Below, one piece after another: positions 1 to 8,871 of a DNA stretch of 64,000 bases (the first letter of the stretch is position 1; each line of letters begins with the position of its first letter). Source of the DNA: an uncultured Candidatus Melainabacteria bacterium (lineage in GTDB: Bacteria > Cyanobacteriota > Vampirovibrionia > Obscuribacterales > Obscuribacteraceae); NCBI GenBank assembly GCA_937879965.1, contig CALFMP010000054.1:148909-212908 (forward strand), written 5' to 3'. The translations under genes were made by a program, and so were the position numbers. The notes under the pieces are model-generated. The model worked only from the letters and a program-made list of their open reading frames with translations, had not been told where the DNA came from and searched no databases.

Positions 1-303
1 TTCTGTGTCGGTACGGCGGGGCTGCGCAGCAACTCAGCAACAGTAGACGTGATTGCAGCAGAAGTGCAGCAAGACCCAAGAGAAGCAGGCCGCGACAACC
101 TGTCCAAGTTGGTGGTCAAAGTGTTGGGCACAAGCAATAAAGTCAATGTCAGGCTGACAAACAACACTCCGGACGTTCTGAAAATACAGCGCGGCAATGA
201 GATGCTTGTCACCACTCCTGGTGGCGCCAATAACTCGTTCGTCGTAGGTGTTCAGAGATTGAAGAAGGGCGCTTACAACGTTGAAGCAGTCATTGAGCAA
301 TAG
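1..303 (+). CDS. 3' end of a CDS that enters from upstream; hypothetical beta-rich protein
   Basis: Frame 1 is open from base 1 to the stop at 301-303. The composition is coding-like. No family recognised. Confidence 0.4.
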   Translation, partial: FCVGTAGLRSNSATVDVIAAEVQQDPREAGRDNLSKLVVKVLGTSNKVNVRLTNNTPDVLKIQRGNEMLVTTPGGANNSFVVGVQRLKKGAYNVEAVIEQ

Positions 304-1777
304 TGGTCTAAAACATCAGCGGGCGAGGATTTTCGCTTGCGCAGTTTTGACCAGCGCTAGCCTATGTACAGCTTTAGCGTTACCTGCATTTTCGCAACAA
401 GCAAAAACTAAAACTCCGTCAGAAATAATCAATGATGCTTATCCTCTCTTGCTGAACAGGAAAGCGAATCCGGCAGAACAGCAGTACTGGAGCGGTAGAT
501 TGAAAAATCTGTCGCCTTTCGCTGTGACTGATTTATACGATGGCTTGACGCGTTTGCCTGAATATCGCAAGCGTTTTGCTGGTTTGACGCAGAAAGACCA
601 AATTGCGCTCATGTACAAGACTTTATTGAGCAAAGATTCGGTGGATCCGGACAGCGAGAAGAAATGGCTCGACTACTACAAGAGAGGCGGGTTGGTAGAC
701 ACGGTTGAGACAATTGTCGGCTCTGCCGATCACACAATGTGTGTCTACAAACGTGTCGGACTCTCCACGCAGCAAGAATGGGACGCCGTTCACATGGCTG
801 AGAACATGGCGGCGACGAATAAGCCCAGAGCAACAGAAATGTACAAGAACATCATCAGGACCTCGAAAGTACCCGAGACGTACTATTTTCTTTCCCGCGT
901 GCAGTCTTACTACGATAGCAAGGCGGCCATCGAAACCCTGCAAGGTGAGGTCACGCGCTTTCCTGATGACGCTCTAGCTGAACTGAAATTGTCGTATTAC
1001 ATGAACAACGCAGGAGCTCTGGGAATAGCGTTTGGTCGTGCCACGCACGCCATTAGAGTGAGTGATGAACGCGCCGGAGCGGACACATTGATCAGCTCCA
1101 TGCGAGAAAGACTGGACAAAGCAAAACACATTGAGTGCTTGAGCCGTGAAATGCTTTTAGCACGCGCCGCCGCACACGACCGCGCAGACCAACACGCTTT
1201 TGCCTTACCCGAATTGGAAAGAGCACTCGCGCTTGGACCTGGTGACGGCACCGTATACACTCAACTCTGCAACGCTTACTTCAATCTGGGACATTATGCA
1301 GAAGCTGTCGAATACGGCAAAAAGGCAGAGAAGGTTTTCGGGGTTAACTTCAGTATTCTCTGGCCACGCAGCCTCTGTTACTATGCGCTAGGCAAATACA
1401 AGGAAGCAATCGCAGACTTCGATAAAGTGATTCCTCTTGGTCCTCTGCCAAAGTTTTATGAGACCCGGGCCAAATCTTTTGAGAAACTCGGGAAGTACAA
1501 AGAGGCAATCTCTGACTACAACACACTGATAAAGACTGACCCCAAGGTAATCAAAAATTATGTGGGCCGCGGGCGCAATTACTTGGCTTTGGGGAAAACA
1601 AAAGAAGCAATCGCAGACGCCAATCATGCAATCAAGATCGGACCGCGATTTCGTGACGCGTTCAAATTCAGAGCTGAAATCTACAGAAAGATAGGCAACA
1701 ACGCTGCTGCTGATGCAGACCAGAAAAAATACAATCAGATGATGAAGTTGTATGTGGAGCCCAAAGATTTTGAATAA
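281..1777 (+). CDS. Secreted DUF4214-like plus TPR repeat protein
   Basis: TTG start, with no in-frame ATG near the N-terminus. Signal-peptide-like N-terminus (ACAVLTSASLCTALALPAFSQQ). Two DUF4214-like segments (YPLLLNRKANPAEQQYWSGRL; MYKTLLSKDSVDPDSEKKWLDYY). C-terminal tandem TPRs (repeated GKYKEAIADF/SDY pattern). Confidence 0.7.
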   Translation: MKQSLSNSGLKHQRARIFACAVLTSASLCTALALPAFSQQAKTKTPSEIINDAYPLLLNRKANPAEQQYWSGRLKNLSPFAVTDLYDGLTRLPEYRKRFAGLTQKDQIALMYKTLLSKDSVDPDSEKKWLDYYKRGGLVDTVETIVGSADHTMCVYKRVGLSTQQEWDAVHMAENMAATNKPRATEMYKNIIRTSKVPETYYFLSRVQSYYDSKAAIETLQGEVTRFPDDALAELKLSYYMNNAGALGIAFGRATHAIRVSDERAGADTLISSMRERLDKAKHIECLSREMLLARAAAHDRADQHAFALPELERALALGPGDGTVYTQLCNAYFNLGHYAEAVEYGKKAEKVFGVNFSILWPRSLCYYALGKYKEAIADFDKVIPLGPLPKFYETRAKSFEKLGKYKEAISDYNTLIKTDPKVIKNYVGRGRNYLALGKTKEAIADANHAIKIGPRFRDAFKFRAEIYRKIGNNAAADADQKKYNQMMKLYVEPKDFE

Positions 1778-1962
1778 TTTGGTTCTTTCTGCGGTCACTT
1801 TTTTAAATTCTGCTCAACCAAGCCATTTCATGTAAAGACCGGTCTTAGAAAATACGAAGCTTCAGGATCGGGAGGCTCGATGTTGTTATTATGCTTGGCA
1901 GCCACAGGCGCTATTGACAACACTCTATTCTAAAGAGAAGTCCCCACCAATACGGCTAGTTT

Positions 1963-2484
1963 ATGAGCCCACAGACCACCGAACCAAAGCCCTCCCAAGC
2001 TAAACCCCAGGCACAGCCGACTGTGAAAACAGAGCGGGTTTGGGAGCCGGAAGACAAAGTCTTTTCGACCGCACCTGCCCTGGGCAGCACTACGCGCACG
2101 AAGGACACTCTGACCATTCTGGTGACTGCCCTGCCAATTGTTGGCGCGCTTGGGACATTCTTCTGCTGGACTGCATCCAATTTCTATGTAGGCGACGTCG
2201 AAGTGCAAACGAGCCGCCCGTACAACGCGATTACTGTAAAGGTTTTCGATAATAAAGGTTCGGAAGCAACTTTCCACACGCCGAAATTTCAATTGATGCC
2301 CGGCAATTACCATTTGGTGATAAACGCCGACAATCTCGGCTCGCAGCATGCAGACACGAATGTTGCGTTCCACGCAAAAACGAAAGTTCAAGTTGAATTG
2401 CCTAGCGATTTGGACAGAAAAGAAGCGCAGGAAGAGCCCAAAGCAAAACGCAAAAACTGGCTCCTTTTCTGGAAGAAGAACTAG
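1963..2484 (+). CDS. Hypothetical single-pass membrane protein
   Basis: 173-aa ORF. P/Q/K-rich N-terminus, one hydrophobic helix (LTILVTALPIVGALGTFFCW), beta-rich C-terminal part. Ends 7 nt before hemL. Confidence 0.5.
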   Translation: MSPQTTEPKPSQAKPQAQPTVKTERVWEPEDKVFSTAPALGSTTRTKDTLTILVTALPIVGALGTFFCWTASNFYVGDVEVQTSRPYNAITVKVFDNKGSEATFHTPKFQLMPGNYHLVINADNLGSQHADTNVAFHAKTKVQVELPSDLDRKEAQEEPKAKRKNWLLFWKKN

Positions 2485-2490
2485 ATAGAA

Positions 2491-3792
2491 ATGGGCAACA
2501 GCCAAAACCTGCAAAGTCAAACTGCAAAGACTGAAAATTCGAAGACCGCATCTAAAGAGATCGCTGAACTGATTCCGGGTGGTGTAAACAGCCCGTTTCG
2601 TTCGTTTCACGAAGTCGGCGGGCACACTATCTTTCTAAAAGATGCGCATGGCTCGAAAGTCACCGATATCGACGGAAACATTTACATCGACTATCTCGGG
2701 GCGTGGGGTCCGGCAATTTTAGGGCATTCGCCGCCCTCGGTCGTAAAAGCATGCCAGGAAGCAGTCAATGCTGGTGCCGTGTTCGGTGCGCCAACGTTGC
2801 TGGAATTGGAAATGGCGAAGAGCGTAATTCGACACTTTCCTAGCATCGATCAAATTCGTTTTGTCAGCAGCGGCACTGAAGCCGTGATGAGTGCAATCCG
2901 CCTGGCAAGAGGATTTACCGGTCGCGATGTAGTTGTGATGTTCGAGGGGGCCTACCACGGACATAGTGATTCAGTTCTCGGTTCAACAACGCACCAATCA
3001 AGCTCTGGGGTGCTTAATGGCACAAAAGAGCGCACAGTGCTTACACCTTTCAACGATTTGGAACGACTGGAAGCCACACTTGAAGAGCACTCCGGCCAAA
3101 CCTCCGCTGTGATAATCGAACCTGTTTGTGGCTCGATGGGTGTTGTCCTGCCTGAACCAGGATTTCTCCAGGGTGTGAGAAAACTCTGCGATAAGCATCA
3201 AGTCGTCCTCATTTTTGACGAAGTATTGACCGGTCTGCGCGTTGCAAAAGGCGGCGCACAGGCACTTTTTGGAGTCAAACCGGACCTGACGACCTTTGGA
3301 AAGGCTCTGGGCGGGGGTATGCCAATCGGAGCATATGGTGGGCGGCGCGACATTATGGATGCGCTTATGCCGATTGGTGAGGTGTATCAAGCGGGAACAT
3401 TCTCGGGCAACCCTGTCACTATGGCCGGTGGCATCGAAGTGCTGCGCCTGTTGGACGATGATGTTGTTTATGAAACACTTGAAGCGCGCTCGGCTCAGCT
3501 TTTCGCGGGAGTCGGCGAGTTTGTAAACGCACGATCTTTGCCCATTCAGTTGCAACGCGCCGGTTCAATGTTCTCGATTATCTTCTGCTCCAAGCCAGTA
3601 AGAAACTTCGCCGATTCAAAAGGAATTGATGCCGAGCGTTTTGCAGTTTTCTTCCACGACCTGCTCGCAAACGGCATCTATCTGCCGCCTTCATCGGTGG
3701 ATGCAGCGTGCGTTTCCGCTGCTCACACTGAGCGTGACATTGAAGAAACCATTGAGAAAGTCGGCGCGGCGTTCAAGAAAGCATTCTCGTAG
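2491..3792 (+). CDS. hemL: Glutamate-1-semialdehyde 2,1-aminomutase
   Basis: 433 aa. GGVNSPFRSF motif near the N-terminus. Class-III aminotransferase layout with PLP-lysine context TFGKALGGG. Collinear with HemL over its full length. Confidence 0.95.
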   Translation: MGNSQNLQSQTAKTENSKTASKEIAELIPGGVNSPFRSFHEVGGHTIFLKDAHGSKVTDIDGNIYIDYLGAWGPAILGHSPPSVVKACQEAVNAGAVFGAPTLLELEMAKSVIRHFPSIDQIRFVSSGTEAVMSAIRLARGFTGRDVVVMFEGAYHGHSDSVLGSTTHQSSSGVLNGTKERTVLTPFNDLERLEATLEEHSGQTSAVIIEPVCGSMGVVLPEPGFLQGVRKLCDKHQVVLIFDEVLTGLRVAKGGAQALFGVKPDLTTFGKALGGGMPIGAYGGRRDIMDALMPIGEVYQAGTFSGNPVTMAGGIEVLRLLDDDVVYETLEARSAQLFAGVGEFVNARSLPIQLQRAGSMFSIIFCSKPVRNFADSKGIDAERFAVFFHDLLANGIYLPPSSVDAACVSAAHTERDIEETIEKVGAAFKKAFS

Positions 3793-3880
3793 GAGCGAAG
3801 CATGGCGTCGCCCCTACAAAAAGAGGGCGCATGCATGGCATCGCCCTACAAAAAAGAGGGCGCGTGCAACGCGCCCCCAC
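3792..3880. repeat. REP-like palindromic hairpin cluster (3 hairpins)
   Basis: GC-rich hairpins include the perfect GGGCGCGTGCAACGCGCCC and imperfect GGGCG(C)ATGC-ATG-GCATCGCCC, flanked by CCCTACAAAAAGA linkers. Lies between the convergent hemL and GT2 genes. Confidence 0.8.
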
Positions 3881-3885
3881 GCTAT

Positions 3886-4635
3886 TTAGCGGAATGTTCT
3901 GCGCATGCTGAACAAGTCGGAGAAAGTCTCCCAGATGACTGAGAGTTTTCCGCCAGAAGCACCGACCGACAAGCGGGGCAGGTGTTCGATTGGAATCTCG
4001 ATGACTCTGTAACCAGCTCTTTCAGCGCGAATGCAGAGTTCTGCATCCACAAAGGGAGTGTGTGACAGCAAGGTGATGCGGTCCACGATTTCGCGGCGGA
4101 AGAGTTTGATTGAGTTGACGTCTTTATGCTTGTGACCATACAAGACACGCAGCATCAAGTTATACACTTGCGATTGAATCTTTCTGCGCGGCGGGTCGTT
4201 GCGGTTGACTCTGTGACCAATGACGAAATCATGGGTCCTGAGTCCTTTGGCCATCGCGAAGATTTCTTTTGGTGCGTACTGATAGTCGCCCGGCAAGGAG
4301 AAGACAAGTTCTTTTTTGCCTGCAAGATAAAGTTCTCGGATGGTGTAGCCGAAGCCTTTGTTCTCAGGGTGATTGATGATCACCACGTTGGGGAACCACT
4401 TCGCACACTGTTGAACTACAGCCAATGTATTGTCGCGACTGCCGTCGTTGCAAACAACGATTTCATAGTCTGAGCATGCTTCTTTGAGAAGCGCGTCGGC
4501 ATCGGTGATCAACTTGCCGATGGTTGTTTCGTCATTATAGGCTGGTATCACAAGCGATACCGAACCCGGAATGGCTTGCATCCGTCTCGGAAGTGTTGCT
4601 GTGTTTGAGCTTTGCTTTACGCTAATGTCACTCAT
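3886..4635 (-). CDS. Family 2 glycosyltransferase (polyprenyl-phosphate sugar transferase-like, DPM1/ArnC-type catalytic domain)
   Basis: 249 aa. VSLVIPAYNDE start of the GT-A fold, CNDGSRDNT DxD-region. No C-terminal TM helices. Confidence 0.85.
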   Translation of the reverse strand: MSDISVKQSSNTATLPRRMQAIPGSVSLVIPAYNDETTIGKLITDADALLKEACSDYEIVVCNDGSRDNTLAVVQQCAKWFPNVVIINHPENKGFGYTIRELYLAGKKELVFSLPGDYQYAPKEIFAMAKGLRTHDFVIGHRVNRNDPPRRKIQSQVYNLMLRVLYGHKHKDVNSIKLFRREIVDRITLLSHTPFVDAELCIRAERAGYRVIEIPIEHLPRLSVGASGGKLSVIWETFSDLFSMRRTFR

Positions 4636-4656
4636 TTGATTTGGCTCCGCTTCAGT

Positions 4657-5805
4657 TTATGAAATCGAGTTGGCAGTTACTTTTGGAGAAGATTTGGAAG
4701 ACTTCTGCTCGCGGCTGTAGTTTCCGATTTCTTCGATGACTGCATCGATTTGATCGTCGGTTAAGCCGGGGTGCATGGGCAGAGAAAGAATTCGGTTGAC
4801 GAGCTTCTCTGTCACTGGAAGCGAACCGGGTTTGTATCCCAGATAGCTGTAGGCTTTCTGCAGATGCGCCGGGTTCGGATAATGAATCAAGGTTTGAATG
4901 CCCTTTTCGAGCAAATAGGCTTGCAGACCATCGCGATCATCGGTCTGAATTACATAAAGGTGATAGACGTGCTTACGTCCTTCTGCCTCGTACGGTGTTA
5001 CAACAATACCTTCGAGACCTTCGTTGTAGCGCTTCGCAATTTCGCGGCGGCGCTCATTCCATTGCTCAACAAAAGGAAGTTGAGCATCGAGAATAGCGGC
5101 TTGCATTTCATCAAGACGGCTGTTGATGCCGATGATGTCGTGATAGTAGCGCTTAGATTGACCGTAATTACGCAGCTTCACGAGCTTGTCGAAGTTTTCG
5201 CTGGAGTTGGTCGATACGGCGCCGCCGTCTCCAAATGCGCCCAGGTTCTTGCTTGGATAAAAACTAAAGGCACCGTAGTCACCCAAAGTTCCAGCAATCG
5301 CACCTTTATAGGTAGCGAGTGTCGATTGCGCACAATCTTCTAAGAGCATGATCTTATGTTTCGCAGCAATCTTCAACAAAGGCTCCAGGTCCACCATTTG
5401 ACCGTAGAGGTGCACAGGCACAAGAGCTTTGGTCTTTTCGGTAATCTTCGCTTCAACCAAATTTACGTCCATGACGTATGTCTTGGGGTCGATGTCTACA
5501 AATACGGGTGTTGCACCGGTCATCGAAATAGCCGAGATGGTGGGCACTGCAGTGTGCGCCACAACAATTACTTCATCGCCCGTCGTCACTCCGGCAGCCG
5601 CCAGAGCGAGATAGATAGCCTCTGTGCCGGAAGCGCAACCAGCAACGTAGCCGGAGCCCAGTGATTTCGCGAACGCAGCTTCGAATTTTTCGAGTTCGCT
5701 ACCCAAAATATAGTGACCACTCTCAAGAACGCGATGGACCGCCTGGTCGATCTGGCTCTTATAAGTTTGGTAGTGCACCTTCATGTCGCCGAATGGGACT
5801 TTCAC
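4657..5805 (-). CDS. DegT/DnrJ/EryC1/StrS family sugar aminotransferase
   Basis: GTG start preceded by AAGGAG. N-terminus VPFGDMKVHYQ...ILGSELEKFEAAFA and PLP-lysine context FSFYPSKNLGAFGDGG are typical of the family. Confidence 0.9.
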   Translation of the reverse strand: MKVPFGDMKVHYQTYKSQIDQAVHRVLESGHYILGSELEKFEAAFAKSLGSGYVAGCASGTEAIYLALAAAGVTTGDEVIVVAHTAVPTISAISMTGATPVFVDIDPKTYVMDVNLVEAKITEKTKALVPVHLYGQMVDLEPLLKIAAKHKIMLLEDCAQSTLATYKGAIAGTLGDYGAFSFYPSKNLGAFGDGGAVSTNSSENFDKLVKLRNYGQSKRYYHDIIGINSRLDEMQAAILDAQLPFVEQWNERRREIAKRYNEGLEGIVVTPYEAEGRKHVYHLYVIQTDDRDGLQAYLLEKGIQTLIHYPNPAHLQKAYSYLGYKPGSLPVTEKLVNRILSLPMHPGLTDDQIDAVIEEIGNYSREQKSSKSSPKVTANSIS

Positions 5806-6066
5806 CGGTTAGCTCCTTTGCTCTGTAGAATCGGGCCCACACATACTAGAAGAAATGGTCAAGAAGCGAATTAAGAGCAACTTAATTGACATCTGACGAG
5901 AAGTGACATGGGCTTGGGATTTCCGCCAATTGTCGCCGGTTTGCGTGGTAAGATCATTGGCTTGGATTTAGCCGGCGGCGTTTTCCGAAACGCGCACAGG
6001 ATCACCGTTTACGCCTGAGTCCAGAATTCCGAAAAGTGAGCGCGAATTTAGAGTTAGACGGAGATC

Positions 6067-7107
6067 ATGATCGAAGTATTCAAAGGTAAGACGGCTCTCA
6101 TAACCGGTGGCATGGGCTTCATCGGCTCCAATCTGGCTGCGAAGCTGGCTGAGCTGGGCGCGAAGGTCACCATCCTGGACGCCATGATTCCGGATTACGG
6201 CGGCAACGTATTCAACGTTCAAGAATCCGACAAAATTCGCATCAACTTTTGCGACATAAGAGACCCTTCAGCCGTCGATTGGCTGGTGCGCGGGCAGGAT
6301 TATGTTTTTCACCTGGCCGGTCAGGTCTGCCACCTGATGAGCCTTTCCAATCCATTTCCCGATATTGAAATGAATATCACCGGCACCGCCATCGTTATGG
6401 AGGCGCTGCGCAAACACAATCCGAATGCAATTGTTGTTTACACAGGTACACGTGGTCAGTACGGCTCCGTCGTTTCCATGCCGGTAAATGAAGAAGCACC
6501 GACCAATCCCAAAGGGATCTACGAGATTTCCAATCTCACCGCCGAAAAAATCATCAAGGTTTACAACGATGTTCACGGCATCCGTTCGTGCTCATTGCGC
6601 TTGAGCAACATTTACGGACCGCGTTCGCAAATGATGCACTCGCGCTTCGGTGTCGCCAACTGGTTTATCCGTCTGGCAATGGACGACGACACCATTCAAC
6701 TCTTCGGCGACGGCAGCATTCTGCGCGACTTCTGCTACGTCGATGATTGCGTCGATGCAATTTTGCGCGTTGCCACCACACCGGAATGCTATGGCGAGAT
6801 TTTCAACGTCGGCTCCGACATTCCAGTCAGCTTCAGAGAATTGTGCGACGCCATCGTCAAAGTTGCGAAGTCGGGTCGCTGGCAGTTCGCCGAGTTTTCG
6901 CCGGAAAGAAAAGCGCAAGAGCCTGGCGATTTCTATTCGGATATCTCCAAGATCGAACGCTTCACAGGCTGGCGCCCCAACACCGAGTTGGAAGAGGGCA
7001 TCGCGAAGACAATCGAATACTACGCGAAACACCGCGATCACTATTGGACCAAGCCGGAAAAAACTTTGCCCGCAGACAAAGAAACGGTCACTGCGACAAA
7101 GCGTTAG
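6067..7107 (+). CDS. NAD-dependent epimerase/dehydratase (extended SDR, UDP-sugar decarboxylase/epimerase-like)
   Basis: Rossmann motif TGGMGFIGSNL. Extended-SDR layout. The expected YxxxK reads YEISN (Lys to Asn), see findings. Confidence 0.85.
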   Translation: MIEVFKGKTALITGGMGFIGSNLAAKLAELGAKVTILDAMIPDYGGNVFNVQESDKIRINFCDIRDPSAVDWLVRGQDYVFHLAGQVCHLMSLSNPFPDIEMNITGTAIVMEALRKHNPNAIVVYTGTRGQYGSVVSMPVNEEAPTNPKGIYEISNLTAEKIIKVYNDVHGIRSCSLRLSNIYGPRSQMMHSRFGVANWFIRLAMDDDTIQLFGDGSILRDFCYVDDCVDAILRVATTPECYGEIFNVGSDIPVSFRELCDAIVKVAKSGRWQFAEFSPERKAQEPGDFYSDISKIERFTGWRPNTELEEGIAKTIEYYAKHRDHYWTKPEKTLPADKETVTATKR

Positions 7108-7258
7108 ACTCTGCGGTCAAAGGTTATTCAGGCGTTCGTCACCGTCAAGCAAGAGCTTGTTGGAACGACAATCAGTCCTTAATCACGAGCCTGCTTGCGG
7201 GTTAACCCCAGTGCGTTTTTTCACGACTGCGTGAAGAATGAGCGCTGAGGTACTTAGT

Positions 7259-8194
7259 ATGCAGCGAAAGACTCCGAGACGAACCAAATCCGAACGCTCT
7301 CTCGCATACCTGCTCGCATTCTCATTTGCCGCGTGCACCCCTGCAGTGCTGGCTGACCAACGTGATGTTCTGAACGCACAGAAATACGTCAAAGAAGTGG
7401 GAGAGAATCAGGAGGAGTCTATAACGGCGCACTTCGATCTCGCGTGCGCCTACCTCGAAGACGAAAAGTATCAAAAGGCGGACGATGCTTTCAACAAGGC
7501 GGTTGCCATAGAAAAACGAGTAGGGCTTACCACTCATGGCATAGTGACGCTGTACATGGATTGGGCAGAACGTCTCGTTGAGCACTACGAATTTAAGAAG
7601 AATCCCGAGCTGTTGAAACAAGCAACCCAAGCAATCGCAGGTGCCACACTCGCAACAAAAAGAATCCCATTGCACGACTCCGTCTACTACCATCAGCAGA
7701 TGATTGATTTTTTTCGCAAGGTCGGAATGAAGGCAGAAGAGAAGAAGCAGATTCAGATTTTTGACAATAGTTTGTCAGCCGTTGAGCAAGGACCACTCGA
7801 AAGCCACGAAATAACCCAGATTGGATTTGCTCTGAAACAACTTGCGGCGATGCACGCACGCGCGCTCTCGGTGCATGAAATCCACCACGGAACAAAACCC
7901 ACCGAGCAAGTGACAAGCGACAACACGCCAAGCAAGCCAAAAACAATAAAACAGTCGAAGTTTTCGAAAGCAGAATGTTATATGCTCCGAGCAAATCAAG
8001 TTTTTAGCAGGCTTGCGGAAAATTCGCACATAAGGCTACAGGAGCAACGCGAGCTTATATTCTGGTTTCGATACTACGGCAGAAAGTCTCAAGAAGAATT
8101 TCAAACGAGACAGCTAGCAAAACTTGTCCATTCAAACGATCTGAAAATCATGTTTCCGCCGGTGGAGCGTTGTTTAGGGTGCGGGCGAGGGTAG
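7259..8194 (+). CDS. Secreted protein, paralog 1 of a family ending in CxxCGRG; candidate DUF692 substrate
   Basis: ATG at 7259 with GAGG 9 nt upstream (the longer ORF starts at 7238). Signal/lipobox-like N-terminus (LLAFSFAACTPAVLA). The last ~75 aa are collinear with the two downstream paralogs. Ends ...FPPVERCLGCGRG-stop. Confidence 0.7.
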   Translation: MQRKTPRRTKSERSLAYLLAFSFAACTPAVLADQRDVLNAQKYVKEVGENQEESITAHFDLACAYLEDEKYQKADDAFNKAVAIEKRVGLTTHGIVTLYMDWAERLVEHYEFKKNPELLKQATQAIAGATLATKRIPLHDSVYYHQQMIDFFRKVGMKAEEKKQIQIFDNSLSAVEQGPLESHEITQIGFALKQLAAMHARALSVHEIHHGTKPTEQVTSDNTPSKPKTIKQSKFSKAECYMLRANQVFSRLAENSHIRLQEQRELIFWFRYYGRKSQEEFQTRQLAKLVHSNDLKIMFPPVERCLGCGRG

Positions 8195-8229
8195 AATTGA
8201 AGACAGGCATTTCAAAGGGCGGGGAGAGA

Positions 8230-8829
8230 ATGAACAACAAATCTTCTAAGGTTATCAATTCATTGGTTGCACTGGGAGTGGTAGTCAGTGCGTTGCCTGC
8301 CTACGCCGATGAAACACCACTCGCGCGCGCATTGAAGCACTACGAAGAAATCAGTAAGAAGCAGGGAGCAAGCATACAGGCATCGCAGCTTGCTAAACTG
8401 GAGAAAGAATTGAAAGCGCTTGAAGCAGATGAAAAGCTGGATCGCAACGGCATTTTGTCCACCGCGATGATATTTCAAAGGCTCGCACAAAAGCATGCTC
8501 CCTCGCTTAACTTCCGCGGCTCCCGAATGGTGCCGCAGGTCCAGGTTGTAGCCGATGATGCACCTGCTAAGGACGGAAATATTAAGCAAAAGAACTACAA
8601 TGCGGCTGAAGGCTATAGGCTGCGTGCAATGGCTCTGTACAACAGACTTCCGGAAACAGATCCGACACGAATCAACGAACAGCGAAATTTAGCGTCCTGG
8701 TACTACCACTATGGTCAAAAGCAGCAGGAAGAACTTCAAACTCAGCAGTTGAGCAAGTTGCTGCATACAACCGACCGAGATAAACTGTTTCCGCCGCCAC
8801 CGCCTTGCCCTGCGTGTGGAATGGGTTAG
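8230..8829 (+). CDS. Secreted protein, paralog 2 of the family, ending in CPACGMG; candidate DUF692 substrate
   Basis: ATG at 8230 preceded by GGGGAGAG. Sec signal with AYA-DE cleavage context. Conserved C-terminal module ...LFPPPPPCPACGMG-stop. Confidence 0.75.
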   Translation: MNNKSSKVINSLVALGVVVSALPAYADETPLARALKHYEEISKKQGASIQASQLAKLEKELKALEADEKLDRNGILSTAMIFQRLAQKHAPSLNFRGSRMVPQVQVVADDAPAKDGNIKQKNYNAAEGYRLRAMALYNRLPETDPTRINEQRNLASWYYHYGQKQQEELQTQQLSKLLHTTDRDKLFPPPPPCPACGMG

Positions 8830-8871
8830 GTAGTGCAAACAGCAACTGTGAAAACTCGGAATAAGGAAGTG

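Noticed and set aside
1930-2625. 231-aa minus-strand ORF
   Set aside because: It overlaps the plus-strand membrane protein gene and the start of hemL. It has Arg/Phe/Cys-rich non-protein-like composition, so it is a shadow ORF.
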